The notes under the pieces are model-generated. The model worked only from the letters and a program-made list of their open reading frames with translations, was not told the origin of the DNA and did not search any database. From positions 352,001 through 416,000 of the forward strand of contig CAWCKY010000007.1 of NCBI GenBank assembly GCA_963796275.1: 64,000 nt of DNA. Direction: 5' to 3'. The stretch is from an uncultured Acidobacteriota bacterium (GTDB lineage: Bacteria; Acidobacteriota; Blastocatellia; RBC074). Each line of letters begins with the position of its first letter. The first letter of the stretch is position 1. Below are positions 9,543-19,619 of this stretch, piece after piece. The position numbers and the translations under genes were made by a program.

Positions 9543-10559
9543 TTATTGAATGGAGATGTTTTTGATCGACAGAGGAATGAATCTTCGATCGATCAGGTCC
9601 TTCATTTCGATCGGTCTCTCCAGGATGCCCGCCTTGAGCGCCATATCGTGAATCTGCTGCAACTCTTCATCGGTCGGCGTCAGCATTCGATAGCTTACAC
9701 GGTCAGGAGGTTGCGTCAGCACATATCGTACGACTTTTTCATCCTGGCGAAAATAGGGGGCAGCGACCCTGGCTGCTTCGATACGATGTGTCTCCGCCCA
9801 CTCGCCGCTCTCGGCAATGCTGCGCACCAGGTCGCGCATTAGATCAGGGCGCTCATTTATCAGCTTCTCGGTGGCAACCAGAACGCAGGAGATGAACCTC
9901 GGCCAGATGTCCTTGGCGTGATAGAGCACGCGACCGCTGCCGTCGAGTTCCGCCTTGGCGGCGTGAGGCTCGCCGATAAAGTATGCGTCGATGGCTCTGG
10001 CTGCCAGCGCGCCCGGCATATCGGGCGGCGGCATCTCGACGAACCTGATCTCATCTTCTTTTACGCCCTGGTTTTCCATCAGCTTGCGAATGACGAGATT
10101 TTGATTGCTGTATTTCGAGGGTATGGCAAATGTCTTCCCGCGCAGATCGCGCAGGTCTTTGGCCGGAAGGTCCTTACGCACGATAACTGTGGATCCGTCG
10201 CGATGGCCCAGATACAGTATCTTCACGGGCACGCCCTGTTCGCGCAGTTTCATGGCGAGCGGCGCGATCATAAATGTCGCCTGCAGTCGACCACCCTTAA
10301 TCGACTCGACGATCGTGGGGAAATCGGTAAATCTCATCGACTCGAACCGAGTCGTCGCGCTGGTGCGGGTCGCAAAATCCGTCACCGGACACGTGAGATG
10401 TCAGGTGACCGGCAGGAAACCCACGCTGAGTTGCTCGCGCGGACTGTCGACCCTGCTCGATGTTTGTTCTACCTGCCACGGTTTGTACCGTAGCACCCCC
10501 AATACGATGATTGCCAGGATCGTGCCAATGACGATGCGTATAATCGGTGAATGAAACAT
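9543..10559 (-). CDS. ABC transporter substrate-binding protein (NrtA/SsuA/NMT1-like) with in-frame UGA at 10403-10401, probable selenocysteine (GFLPVT-U-HLTC)
   Basis: ORFs 10401..10604 and 9543..10385 are in the same frame and separated only by TGA CAT CTC ACG TGT CCG; ATG at 10559 precedes a TM anchor; lies in an operon with an ABC ATPase and permease. Confidence 0.85.
10377..10390 (-). promoter_or_regulatory. Candidate bacterial SECIS apical stem-loop
   Basis: GUCCG-GUGA-CGGAU on the mRNA strand; the loop starts with G at the 16th nt after the UGA. Confidence 0.55.
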
Positions 10560-10562
10560 AAA

Positions 10563-10655
10563 TAATTGATTATTGATAATTGATAATTGATAGTTGAAAT
10601 ACACTGTGGCAACAATTTAACCGAATCATCAATCATCCATTATCCATTATCAATT
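10563..10655 (+). repeat. Dispersed palindromic element, (TGATAAT)n arms with conserved core, copy 1
   Basis: ttgataattgataattgatagttgaaatacactgtggcaacaatttaaccgaatcatcaatcatccattatccattatcaatt. Confidence 0.85.
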
Positions 10656-11370
10656 CTCTTTCGAGACCCAGTTCTGTCAATATTCGATGTACGGCTTCGA
10701 CGACTTCCGGATGGGTCAGGTTGCGGGGTCGCGGTTCAAACAACCGCATCTCGCTGCGGACCTTCGCCGGACGTTCGGATAAAACGATGACTCGGTCGGC
10801 CAGTTGCGCGGCCTCTTCGATGTCGTGCGTCACGAGCACCACGGTGCGCGGGTGCTCGTCCAGCATACGCGCAAGTTCCTGGCGCATGCGCAACCGCGTC
10901 AGGTAATCGAGCGCGGAGAATGGTTCGTCGAGCAGCAGGACGTCCGTGTCGCCCGCCAATGCGCGCGCGATCTCGACTCTCTGCCGCATTCCGCCAGAGA
11001 GTTTGTGCGGGTGATGATTTTCGAAACCTTCGAGCCTGATCAATGCGATGAACTCGCTCAACTGGCGTTCGATTTCACGCTCATCCTTCAGATGTCTGAG
11101 ACCCAGCGCGATGTTTTCACTTACAGTCAGCCAGGGGAAAAGCCCGTCATTTTGATAGACCATCCGCATTCTTCCGGTGCGCGTGAGCTTGCCCGAGGAT
11201 GGATCGTCGAAGCCGGAGAGCAGGTTGAGCAGGGTCGTTTTGCCGCAGCCCGACGGCCCGACGACCGCGACGAATTCACCCCGCGCGATCTCGATATCAA
11301 GCGGCAGGATCACTTCGACTGCGCCGAAACTTCGCGTTACCTTATCCAATTGAAAGATGATATCTGTCAT
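10633..11370 (-). CDS. ABC transporter ATP-binding protein (SsuB/TauB/NrtD-like)
   Basis: Walker A GPSGCGKT, LSGGMRQR, LLLDEPFSALD, VTHDIEEA. Confidence 0.95.
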   Translation of the reverse strand: MTDIIFQLDKVTRSFGAVEVILPLDIEIARGEFVAVVGPSGCGKTTLLNLLSGFDDPSSGKLTRTGRMRMVYQNDGLFPWLTVSENIALGLRHLKDEREIERQLSEFIALIRLEGFENHHPHKLSGGMRQRVEIARALAGDTDVLLLDEPFSALDYLTRLRMRQELARMLDEHPRTVVLVTHDIEEAAQLADRVIVLSERPAKVRSEMRLFEPRPRNLTHPEVVEAVHRILTELGLERELIMDNG

Positions 11371-11378
11371 CTCATTTA

Positions 11379-12153
11379 TTATCTCTCATATCCCCATCGC
11401 ACGCTCTCGATCTTCATCAATTGTACGAGAAGTCGGTCGATCACCACACCGATGATACCGATGACGATCATTCCGACGACGAGCAGGTCCATCCTCAGTC
11501 CATTGCGCGCATCCCAGATGGCGAATCCCAGCCCATCGCGGCCTGCTATCATCTCGGCCGCGACCACAACGAGCCACGATAGTCCGGCGGTAACCCGCAA
11601 GGTGGTGATCACCTGCGGCGATATGGCGGGCAACGTCACCTGAATGAGCAACTCGAAGCCCTCGATACCGTAATCCCGCGCTACCCGGAAATAGACATTC
11701 GGGATGCTCGCGACTGCCGAGATGGTGGCCAGGACGATCGGGAAGAATGAGCGCCATGAAGATCAGGAAGATGGCGGGTTTATCGCCGATGCCGAACCAC
11801 AGGATCGCGAACGGAATCCAGGCGAGAGGCGAGAGGTTACGAAAAAAATTGATCGCCGGAAGCATCGCAGTCCGCGCGCGCGCGCGCTGGCCGAGCCACA
11901 AGCCAAGAGGAATGCCGGCGCCGGTAGCGAGAGCGAACCCTGCGGTCACTCGGAAGAGCGAAGCGACCACGTCATTGTACAGCCGCCCGCTCCCAACCTC
12001 TTCGCGGAATCCCTTCGCCACCGAGATCGGTGACGGAAAGATCGAGTCGGGAAAGAGGCGAAGCCAGGCCAACAGCCACCAGATTGCAATAATGATCGAA
12101 GCCACCAGAAGTGGTAACAACCGAGTTCTATCGGATACTGTAGTAGAAGTCAT
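11379..12153 (-). CDS. ABC transporter permease (SsuC/TauC-like) with an apparent +1 frameshift near 11751
   Basis: Removing one base at atg gcg [c] tca ttc joins IFLIFMA to SFFPIVLATISAVASIPNVY...VVVAAEMIAG; either an assembly indel or a pseudogene. Confidence 0.8.
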
Positions 12154-12400
12154 CTTATCCAGCCCTTTTAATTAATAATATATATGAGGCAAAAAGGGCA
12201 AAATGAGGAAAAAATGATTTTATTTGCTTTTACTCTATTTTCCCTGTTTCTCCCTCTCTCATGCAGAAATTTTGAGTCTATTCGTAAAATTCCCTTCGAT
12301 TTACATTCATTAATAAGCGAAAATATAATTTGAGTTATTACTGGCCGGAGGGATTGCCTTCGATTAAGACGCTACCGGAAGTATTAAGAGGAAAACTCAT

Positions 12401-12643
12401 ATGACGCCTGATGAATTGATTGAAAACCAAAGAACGATGCTCAGTTTTATGGCGCGCATCGAAGCCAACCAGGGTAAGCTCGATAGCGTGATTGCCAATC
12501 AAACTACAATCATTGAGAATCAAAATTTAATCAGAGCGAACCAGGAGAAACTGGATAAGCTGTTAGCCAATCAGGAGGTAATCCAGGCAAATCAGGCCAA
12601 AATATTGGCCAATCAAGCGGAGATTATTTCCCTGCTTGGATAG
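12401..12643 (+). CDS. Small heptad-repeat (IxxNQxx) coiled-coil protein
   Basis: Eight NQ-containing repeats in 80 aa; GAGGA RBS upstream. Confidence 0.75.
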   Translation: MTPDELIENQRTMLSFMARIEANQGKLDSVIANQTTIIENQNLIRANQEKLDKLLANQEVIQANQAKILANQAEIISLLG

Positions 12644-12746
12644 GGTTAATTCTTCAATCTCCGGATTGGTCTAATTGTATTGCTGATCGGCATGCCTAAG
12701 CGGCACTCGGCAGCTTAACAATTTACTGCCAATAATTCGTGAAGTA

Positions 12747-14090
12747 ATGATTGTAACAACTCAGCCGCGCAAGGAGCTCAAGCGACAACTCGGTCTAAGA
12801 GCGGCCACGGCAGTGGTGATCGGCGAGGTGATCGCCGTCGGCATCTTTCTCACCCCGGCCGGCATGGCGAAATCGCTCGGTTCTCCCATGTGGTTACTAA
12901 TAGTTTGGTTGGTGATGGGATTGATGGCTCTTTGCGGTGCGCTCTGTTATGGCGAGCTGGCCGCGCGTTTTCCCGAAGCGGGTGGAGGTTATGTTTACCT
13001 GCGCGAGGCTTACGGGCAGAAATTGGCATTTCTATATGGCTGGAAATGTTTTCTGGTAATGGATCCGGGAATCACGGCTGCACTGGCGGTCGGACTTTCC
13101 GGTTATCTAAGCTATCTCGTCACCCTCCCGCCCTTTGGCATAAAGTTATTCATCGTCGGAATAATCTGTGCGATTGCAGTCGTGAATATTTACGGTGTGC
13201 GGCTCGGATCTCGGTTGATGCAGTGTATTACAGCGGTCAAACTCGGCTCGCTGGCGCTAATCGTATTGTGGGCGGTTATTTCAAGACCCGGTAGCATGTC
13301 ACATTTCACGCCATTCCTCTCTCAGCGAACGGGCTCCGAGCCTCTGGTTACTGCCCTCGCGGGTGCCCTGGTAGCCGGGTTCTTCTCATTCGGCGGCTGG
13401 TGGGACCTGAGCAAGCTCGGGGGTGAGGTTCGCGATCCCGTGCACACCTTACCGCGCGCGATGGCCATCGGCGTGCTGGCTGTAACCGCCGTTTATGTAC
13501 TGACCAGCGCAGTCTTCCTATACCTCGTTCCATTGGAGCGCGTAACTTCGGGTGAGACGTTCGCGGCGCAGGCTGGCGAGGCGCTTTTCGGCTCCGCCGG
13601 CGGATGGGTCTTTTCGCTCATCGTGATAGTGTCGATTTTTGGCAGCCTGGCCGGCTTTATGATGGCGGCGCCGCGCGTCTACTACGCGATGGCTCGTGAC
13701 GGAGTTTTTTTCGACTTCGTCTCCGCCGTACATCCGCGCTTCGGCACGCCCGTGCGCGCGATAGTCTTGCAGGTCGTGATGGCGCTGCTACTGGTAACGT
13801 TGGGCACTTTCGAAAATATCATAGCTTACTTCATCTTTGTGACAGTGCTCTTCATCGGTCTTACCGTCGCCGCTGTTTTCATCCTGCGCCGTCGCCACGG
13901 TAATTTATCGCAATACCGCATCGTCGGTTATCCGTTGACGCCGTCATTTTTTCTGCTACTGGTGACAATCCTCCTGGTTCTGCTCGGCGCTAACAGTACC
14001 CGACAGGCCGTACTCGGGTTGGGGGTAGTTGCTCTGGGGGTGCCTGTTTATCATCTGTTTTTTCAGCGGCAGTCACGTACCGACGAATGA
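12747..14090 (+). CDS. APC-family amino acid permease
   Basis: VIAVGIFLTP, ALCYGELAARFPEAGGGYVYL, PRVYYAMARDG; about 12 TM segments. Confidence 0.92.
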   Translation: MIVTTQPRKELKRQLGLRAATAVVIGEVIAVGIFLTPAGMAKSLGSPMWLLIVWLVMGLMALCGALCYGELAARFPEAGGGYVYLREAYGQKLAFLYGWKCFLVMDPGITAALAVGLSGYLSYLVTLPPFGIKLFIVGIICAIAVVNIYGVRLGSRLMQCITAVKLGSLALIVLWAVISRPGSMSHFTPFLSQRTGSEPLVTALAGALVAGFFSFGGWWDLSKLGGEVRDPVHTLPRAMAIGVLAVTAVYVLTSAVFLYLVPLERVTSGETFAAQAGEALFGSAGGWVFSLIVIVSIFGSLAGFMMAAPRVYYAMARDGVFFDFVSAVHPRFGTPVRAIVLQVVMALLLVTLGTFENIIAYFIFVTVLFIGLTVAAVFILRRRHGNLSQYRIVGYPLTPSFFLLLVTILLVLLGANSTRQAVLGLGVVALGVPVYHLFFQRQSRTDE

Positions 14091-14252
14091 GCTTAGAAAT
14101 TATACCGGAGGATTAAGTGCGCTTGCGGGCGGCCGGGTTTGATGATAGAGGGATATGGCAGATCACACTCAATGCCTCGTGTTCAGTAACATAAACGCCT
14201 CGCCGGCGCTTCGGGAATGGGCCGCGAATGATGGCCCGCGATAAATTGGAGA

Positions 14253-17200
14253 ATGATCACGAACAAATTCCAGATTTCAATCCTCAAATTTGAGATAACA
14301 CTCATCCTGATACTAGCCGTCACACTGGCAGGTTGTAACGGCAGGGGAAACCTTCCCGATCCCTCCTCGAGAGAATATCGCGATGCCGTCTCGGCCTTCT
14401 ATGTCGGTTTGGGCGCTTTGCAGGCGACCGACGATATACGCGCTAAGCAACGGCTCACGCGATTCACCGAGCTCGCACCGGGGGAGCCGGCCGGTTGGGT
14501 AAATCTGGGTGTACTTGCGCTGAGGCAGCAGGAGTTCGACGCGGCATATGAAAACCTCGAAAAGGCGCGCGCGATAGTCCCCGATGACAGCCGCATCGAG
14601 GGGATGCTCGGCCTGGTCGAAACGAAGCGCGGCAGATTTGCCGAAGCGATCGCGCATCTGCGCAAGGCGGTCGAGCTCGACCAGAAGAATTTGAAGGCGA
14701 TCTATGGGCTCGCGCAGGAGATCGAGCGGCAGGGCGCTGAGAACAGCGAAGTGGAAGTGCAGAATTTGATCGAGAAGATCCTACAAGTCCAGCCTGACAA
14801 TCTGGCGGCGCAGCTTGAATCGATTCGCATTGCCGCGAAACGCGGCGACGCAGAAACGGCTAAGCGAATCGTCGGGGGCATCGGCCAGAAGGCATCGGAC
14901 TGGCCACCGGAGATCGTTGCACAATTGAATGCATTGCAGGCGGCTGTCAATGGCCCGAATGTGCGGGCCGCCGCAACCCAGGTGGCTTTTTTGCGAAATG
15001 TTCTGGTGCGCTTACCCGATTATCGCCAAAGTCTGGCGGCGATCAGAAATCCGACCGAAGAGACGGGCGAACCGTTTGATAGGTTTTTGAAGTTGGCCTC
15101 GCCGAAGCTCGAGGCTGCCCCGCCGGATGAGGGATTAGCTTTCAACGCAGAGCCGATTGATGCCGGTGAAGGGAAGTGGGCCATGGTCGGAGCGATAACG
15201 CTCGACAGCGATGGCCCGCCTGTGGCCTTCACCGTCGATCAGCGAAATGTGCGAATAGGCGGCCAGTCGCTCACATTTCCGACCGGCGGAGAGATGATTA
15301 ATTCGAATGCGGTGGCGGGGATCGATTACGACTACGATTTCAAAACCGACCTGGCGGCGGCTGGCAGAGGCGGTTTCAAGCTCTACCGTCAGGAATCCCG
15401 CGATAAATTTATCGATGTTACGGCCCGGATGGGTTTGCCGCCGGCGCTGACGAACGCCGCTTATGACGGCGTATGGGCGGCGGATATCGACCTCGATGGA
15501 GATCTCGATATCGTGCTCGGTGCTGTCGCCGGCCAGCCGCCTGTGTTCAGGAATAACGGCGACGGAACGTTCAAGGAGTTGCGGCCATTCGCCGGGAGCG
15601 AAGGGCTGCGTGGCTTCGTCTATGCGGACTTTGATGGCGACGGCGATCCGGACGCGGCTCTGCTCGATGCCAATGCAAGATTGAAATTTTTCAGCAATGA
15701 ACGGCTCGGAGTTTTTCGCGAACGGGCCTTGCCGCCAAACATCGAGTCGATCAGCGCCCTTGACGTGGCTGACATAAACGGCGATGGCGTTCTAGATCTG
15801 CTTCTGCTGGATTTCAACCTGGCGGTGAAGCGTATCTCCGACAAAGGCGCGGGTGAAGGATGGGAGATAGTTGATGTCTTTGGGAGGCAAGCGGATGGCG
15901 CCACCGTGCCTCCGTCGCCGGGTTCGGTGAAGCTAGTCTCGGGCGATTTCGATAACAACGGATTGCTGGACCTGGCATTCGGCGGATTTATCTGGCTCAA
16001 CGGATCACCAGGAAAGAACCCGCGCCGGATCGATACGGGAAATACGACCGCCACTTCCTCGGCGGATCTAACCGGAGACGGGCGTCTCGATTTGCTGGCG
16101 ATGAATGCGGAGCGACGGCCGGTCAGACTCATCAACCGGGGCACTAAGGACTACCACTGGCAAGTCATCCGCCCGCGCGCCGCCAAATCCACAGGCGACC
16201 AGCGCATCAACTCATTCGGCATCGGTGGGGAGATCGAAATCCGCGCCGGACTGCTCTTCCAGAAACAGGTCATCGATTCTCCTCTGGTTCATTTCGGTTT
16301 GGGCGAGCAAACGCAGACTGACGTTGCGCGCTTCATCTGGCCGAACGGTTCCATTCAGGGCGAATTCGAATTGAAAGCCGATCAGGCGGTGCTGGCCGAG
16401 CAGCGATTGAAGGGCTCGTGTCCATGGCTCTTCGCCTGGAATGGCAGGTCGATGGAGTTCGTCAAGGACTGCGCGCCCTGGAGTCCGGCATTGGGTCTGA
16501 ACATAAACGCGCAGGTTACCGCCGGCATACAACAGACTGAAGAATGGATGAAGATTCGCGGCGACCAGCTCGCGCCACGCGATGGGTATTACGATCTGCG
16601 CGTCACCGCGGAATTGTGGGAGACCTACTATATCGATCATTATTCGCTCGTTGTGGTAGATCATCCGGCAGAAACTGAAATTTTCGCCGATGAGCGTTTC
16701 TCCATCCCTCCGCCCGAATTGAAACTCTACGCGACATCCAGACCCAGACCTTTCAGCCGGGCCGTCGATGACAACGGGCAGGATGTGACCGCCGTGGTCG
16801 GTGCATTGGACGAGAAATACCTCGATACATTCGGGCGCGGGCGCTATCAGGGGCTAACGCGCGATCACTACGTCGAACTCGCATTGCCCGATGAGGCTCC
16901 GCGCGCGGGCCGCCTTTGGTTGATCGCGCATGGTTTCGTGCATCCGACCGATACCACCGTCAATATGGCGATGAGCCAGCCCTACGATTACGTCCCCCCG
17001 AAAGGGCTGAGCCTCGAAGCGCCCGATGGCAAGGGCGGGTGGCGCGTCGTCGACCCCAACATCGGCTTTCCCGCGGGCAAGAAGAAGACGATGCTCATCG
17101 ATTTGACGAAAGTCATGACGCTCGACTCGCCGCGCCGCATTCGCCTGCGAACGAATATGGAGGTCTACTGGGATAAGCTGGAATGGGCGGAGGGCCTGCC

Positions 17201-17717
17201 GGAAGCGCAATTCAAAACGCAACGGTTCAATGCCGAAACGGCAGAGTTGCGTTTTCGCGGATACTCGGTGGTGGCGAGGGCCGACGATTCATCGCCTGAG
17301 TTGCCCGATTACAACCGGCTGGAATTCACCGGGCAGAAGTGGCGCGATATGATCGGTTACTTTACTCGTTACGGGGATATCCGCGAGTTGCTCGAAAAAG
17401 TCGATGACCGGATGGTATTCACCAATGCAGGCGATGAAGTGAGATTGCGCTTCAAAGCAGTGGCTGATCCGCCTGCCGGCTGGACGCGCGATTACGTGAT
17501 GATCGGTAACGGCTGGATCAAAGATGGTGATTACAATTCGACTTTCTCGAAGACGGTTCTGCCATTGCCCGATGCGAAGATGCGGGAATACACTAAACCT
17601 CCCTCGCGTTTGGAAGATGATCCGGTCTATCAGCGCCACGCACGCGACTGGCAGGAGTTTCATACACGATATGTGTCGCCAGATCGGTTCCGGAACGCGA
17701 TGAAACCATTAGATTAA
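14253..17717 (+). CDS. Large TPR + FG-GAP + ASPIC/UnbV lipoprotein
   Basis: Lipobox LAGC, N-terminal TPRs, DxDxDG repeats, VHFGLG, KGSCPWLFAWNG. Confidence 0.85.
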   Translation: MITNKFQISILKFEITLILILAVTLAGCNGRGNLPDPSSREYRDAVSAFYVGLGALQATDDIRAKQRLTRFTELAPGEPAGWVNLGVLALRQQEFDAAYENLEKARAIVPDDSRIEGMLGLVETKRGRFAEAIAHLRKAVELDQKNLKAIYGLAQEIERQGAENSEVEVQNLIEKILQVQPDNLAAQLESIRIAAKRGDAETAKRIVGGIGQKASDWPPEIVAQLNALQAAVNGPNVRAAATQVAFLRNVLVRLPDYRQSLAAIRNPTEETGEPFDRFLKLASPKLEAAPPDEGLAFNAEPIDAGEGKWAMVGAITLDSDGPPVAFTVDQRNVRIGGQSLTFPTGGEMINSNAVAGIDYDYDFKTDLAAAGRGGFKLYRQESRDKFIDVTARMGLPPALTNAAYDGVWAADIDLDGDLDIVLGAVAGQPPVFRNNGDGTFKELRPFAGSEGLRGFVYADFDGDGDPDAALLDANARLKFFSNERLGVFRERALPPNIESISALDVADINGDGVLDLLLLDFNLAVKRISDKGAGEGWEIVDVFGRQADGATVPPSPGSVKLVSGDFDNNGLLDLAFGGFIWLNGSPGKNPRRIDTGNTTATSSADLTGDGRLDLLAMNAERRPVRLINRGTKDYHWQVIRPRAAKSTGDQRINSFGIGGEIEIRAGLLFQKQVIDSPLVHFGLGEQTQTDVARFIWPNGSIQGEFELKADQAVLAEQRLKGSCPWLFAWNGRSMEFVKDCAPWSPALGLNINAQVTAGIQQTEEWMKIRGDQLAPRDGYYDLRVTAELWETYYIDHYSLVVVDHPAETEIFADERFSIPPPELKLYATSRPRPFSRAVDDNGQDVTAVVGALDEKYLDTFGRGRYQGLTRDHYVELALPDEAPRAGRLWLIAHGFVHPTDTTVNMAMSQPYDYVPPKGLSLEAPDGKGGWRVVDPNIGFPAGKKKTMLIDLTKVMTLDSPRRIRLRTNMEVYWDKLEWAEGLPEAQFKTQRFNAETAELRFRGYSVVARADDSSPELPDYNRLEFTGQKWRDMIGYFTRYGDIRELLEKVDDRMVFTNAGDEVRLRFKAVADPPAGWTRDYVMIGNGWIKDGDYNSTFSKTVLPLPDAKMREYTKPPSRLEDDPVYQRHARDWQEFHTRYVSPDRFRNAMKPLD

Positions 17718-17807
17718 TGGATAATTGATAATGGATAATTGATAATTCGTATAAACTGAGGCAACAATCTAACCGAATTATCAATTATCAATTATCCAAT
17801 TATCTAT
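17715..17807 (+). repeat. Dispersed (TGATAAT)n-arm palindromic element, copy 2
   Basis: Core ttcgtataaactgaggcaacaatctaaccgaa flanked by inverted heptamer arms. Confidence 0.85.
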
Positions 17808-17818
17808 TCCCCATATAT

Positions 17819-19615
17819 ATGAATAATCGCATCACACGAATCGTACTGATAATTTTCTTTATCGCGCTGCTGGCCACGCCGCTCATCATCAAGCAGCTGA
17901 ACGCGCGTAACGAAATAGCCCGGTCTTCAATTGATCCGGCCACCGCGCTGTCTCGCTACGGGTTTTATATGGAAGAGTCGGCGAAATCCGCCGGCATAGA
18001 GTTTAATCATCAGGCGCCGACCTTCGATGCGAAGCTCAGTCATATAATGACGCAGGTCGCAGTCGTCGGCGCGGCCGTCTCGGTGGTGGATTTCGATCGT
18101 GATGGCTGGAACGACTTTTACGTCACCAACAGCGGCGAAGGCAGCAGGAACGCGCTTTATCGCAACCTGGGCAAAGGCGTATTCAAAGATGTCGCGGGAG
18201 AAGCCGGGGTGGCCGAGCTGAACAGCCGCGAGCTGGGGGTTTCGATGGGCGCGGTGTGGGGTGATTACGATAACGATGGATACGAGGACCTGTTCTTATA
18301 CCGCTGGGGGCGGCCCGAGTTGTTTCACAACGCCGAGGGGAAGCGGTTTACGCGAGTGACGGAGGCGGCTGGATTTCCCCAATGGATCAACGCCGGCACC
18401 GCCATCTGGTTCGATTACGACCGCGACGGAAAGCTCGATCTGTTCATCGGCGGCTACTATTCCGAAAAGGTAGACCTCTGGCGGCTCACGGACACCAAAA
18501 TGATGCCCGAGAGCTTCGAGTATGCGAACAACGGCGGTCGCAAATATCTTTACCGCAATCTGGGCGGGGGGAAGTTTGAAGAAGTGGGAGAGAAGTTAGG
18601 CCTCAAATCGACACGCTGGTCGTTCGCGGCGGTCGCGGCCGATCTGCGGGGCACGGGTTATCCCGATCTCTTCGTCGCCAACGATTACGGCGTCTCTGAA
18701 CTGTTCTTCAACGACGGCGGAAAGCGATTTCGCGAAGTGGGAGGAGCGACGGGAGTAGGTTATTCGCCGAAGAGCGGAATGAATGCGAGCGTGGGTGATG
18801 TTTTGAACCGCGGCCATTTTGCCATCTATGTTTCGAACATCAGCGAAGAGGGAATACTGCTGCAGGGCAACAATCTCTGGGTACCGCGTGAGGGAACTTC
18901 GGGCGACGATATCAAATACGACAACCTGGCGCGTGATATGGGCGTCGAGCTGGGGAAATGGAGTTTCGGCGCGCAATTTGGCGATTTGAATAATGACGGC
19001 AAGCTCGACCTCTATTTGGTCAACGGGTATGTTTCGGCTGACCGCGACAACACCTACTGGTACGATTTCTCGAAAGTAGCCGGCGGTAACAAATCTATTA
19101 TCTCCGATGCGAAGAACTGGCCGCCGATGGATGGCCGGAGCCTCGCCGGTTACCAGCAGAAGCGCGTGTGGATCAACGACGGTGCGGGAAAATTCAACGA
19201 GGTAGCGCAGGCCGTAGGCGTGACCGATGTATACGATGGACGCTCGGTTGCGCTGGCGGATTTCGGCAATCGCGGCGTGCTCGATGCCGTGACAGCGAAC
19301 CAGCGCGGGCCGGTGCTCTATTATCGCAACACGGTCGATCCTGGAAATAATTGGATAGACCTCGAGCTTGAAGGAACGACCAGCAACCGGAGCGCCATTG
19401 GCGCCCAGGTGCGCGTTTTTTGGAATGGGCAGACGCAGATTCAGGAAGTCGCAGGCGGCAGCGGGTTCTGCGCGCAGAATCAACGCCGATTACATTTCGG
19501 CCTGGGCAAGGGGGCGCAGCTCGAGAAGGTTGAGATTCGCTGGCCGTCGGGTAAAATACAGACTCTTTCCGCCCTTGAGCTAAACAAAGTCCATCGTTTG
19601 AAGGAGCCGGTGTAG
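17819..19615 (+). CDS. CRTAC1-family protein (FG-GAP plus ASPIC/UnbV)
   Basis: DFDRDG/DYDNDG repeats; NRSAIGAQV...GSGFCAQNQRRLHFGLG...IRWPSG. Confidence 0.9.
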   Translation: MNNRITRIVLIIFFIALLATPLIIKQLNARNEIARSSIDPATALSRYGFYMEESAKSAGIEFNHQAPTFDAKLSHIMTQVAVVGAAVSVVDFDRDGWNDFYVTNSGEGSRNALYRNLGKGVFKDVAGEAGVAELNSRELGVSMGAVWGDYDNDGYEDLFLYRWGRPELFHNAEGKRFTRVTEAAGFPQWINAGTAIWFDYDRDGKLDLFIGGYYSEKVDLWRLTDTKMMPESFEYANNGGRKYLYRNLGGGKFEEVGEKLGLKSTRWSFAAVAADLRGTGYPDLFVANDYGVSELFFNDGGKRFREVGGATGVGYSPKSGMNASVGDVLNRGHFAIYVSNISEEGILLQGNNLWVPREGTSGDDIKYDNLARDMGVELGKWSFGAQFGDLNNDGKLDLYLVNGYVSADRDNTYWYDFSKVAGGNKSIISDAKNWPPMDGRSLAGYQQKRVWINDGAGKFNEVAQAVGVTDVYDGRSVALADFGNRGVLDAVTANQRGPVLYYRNTVDPGNNWIDLELEGTTSNRSAIGAQVRVFWNGQTQIQEVAGGSGFCAQNQRRLHFGLGKGAQLEKVEIRWPSGKIQTLSALELNKVHRLKEPV

Positions 19616-19619
19616 GAGT

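Noticed and set aside
14091-14252. Possible riboswitch between the APC permease and the TPR/FG-GAP gene
   Set aside because: Only short GC-rich stems; no motif I can support
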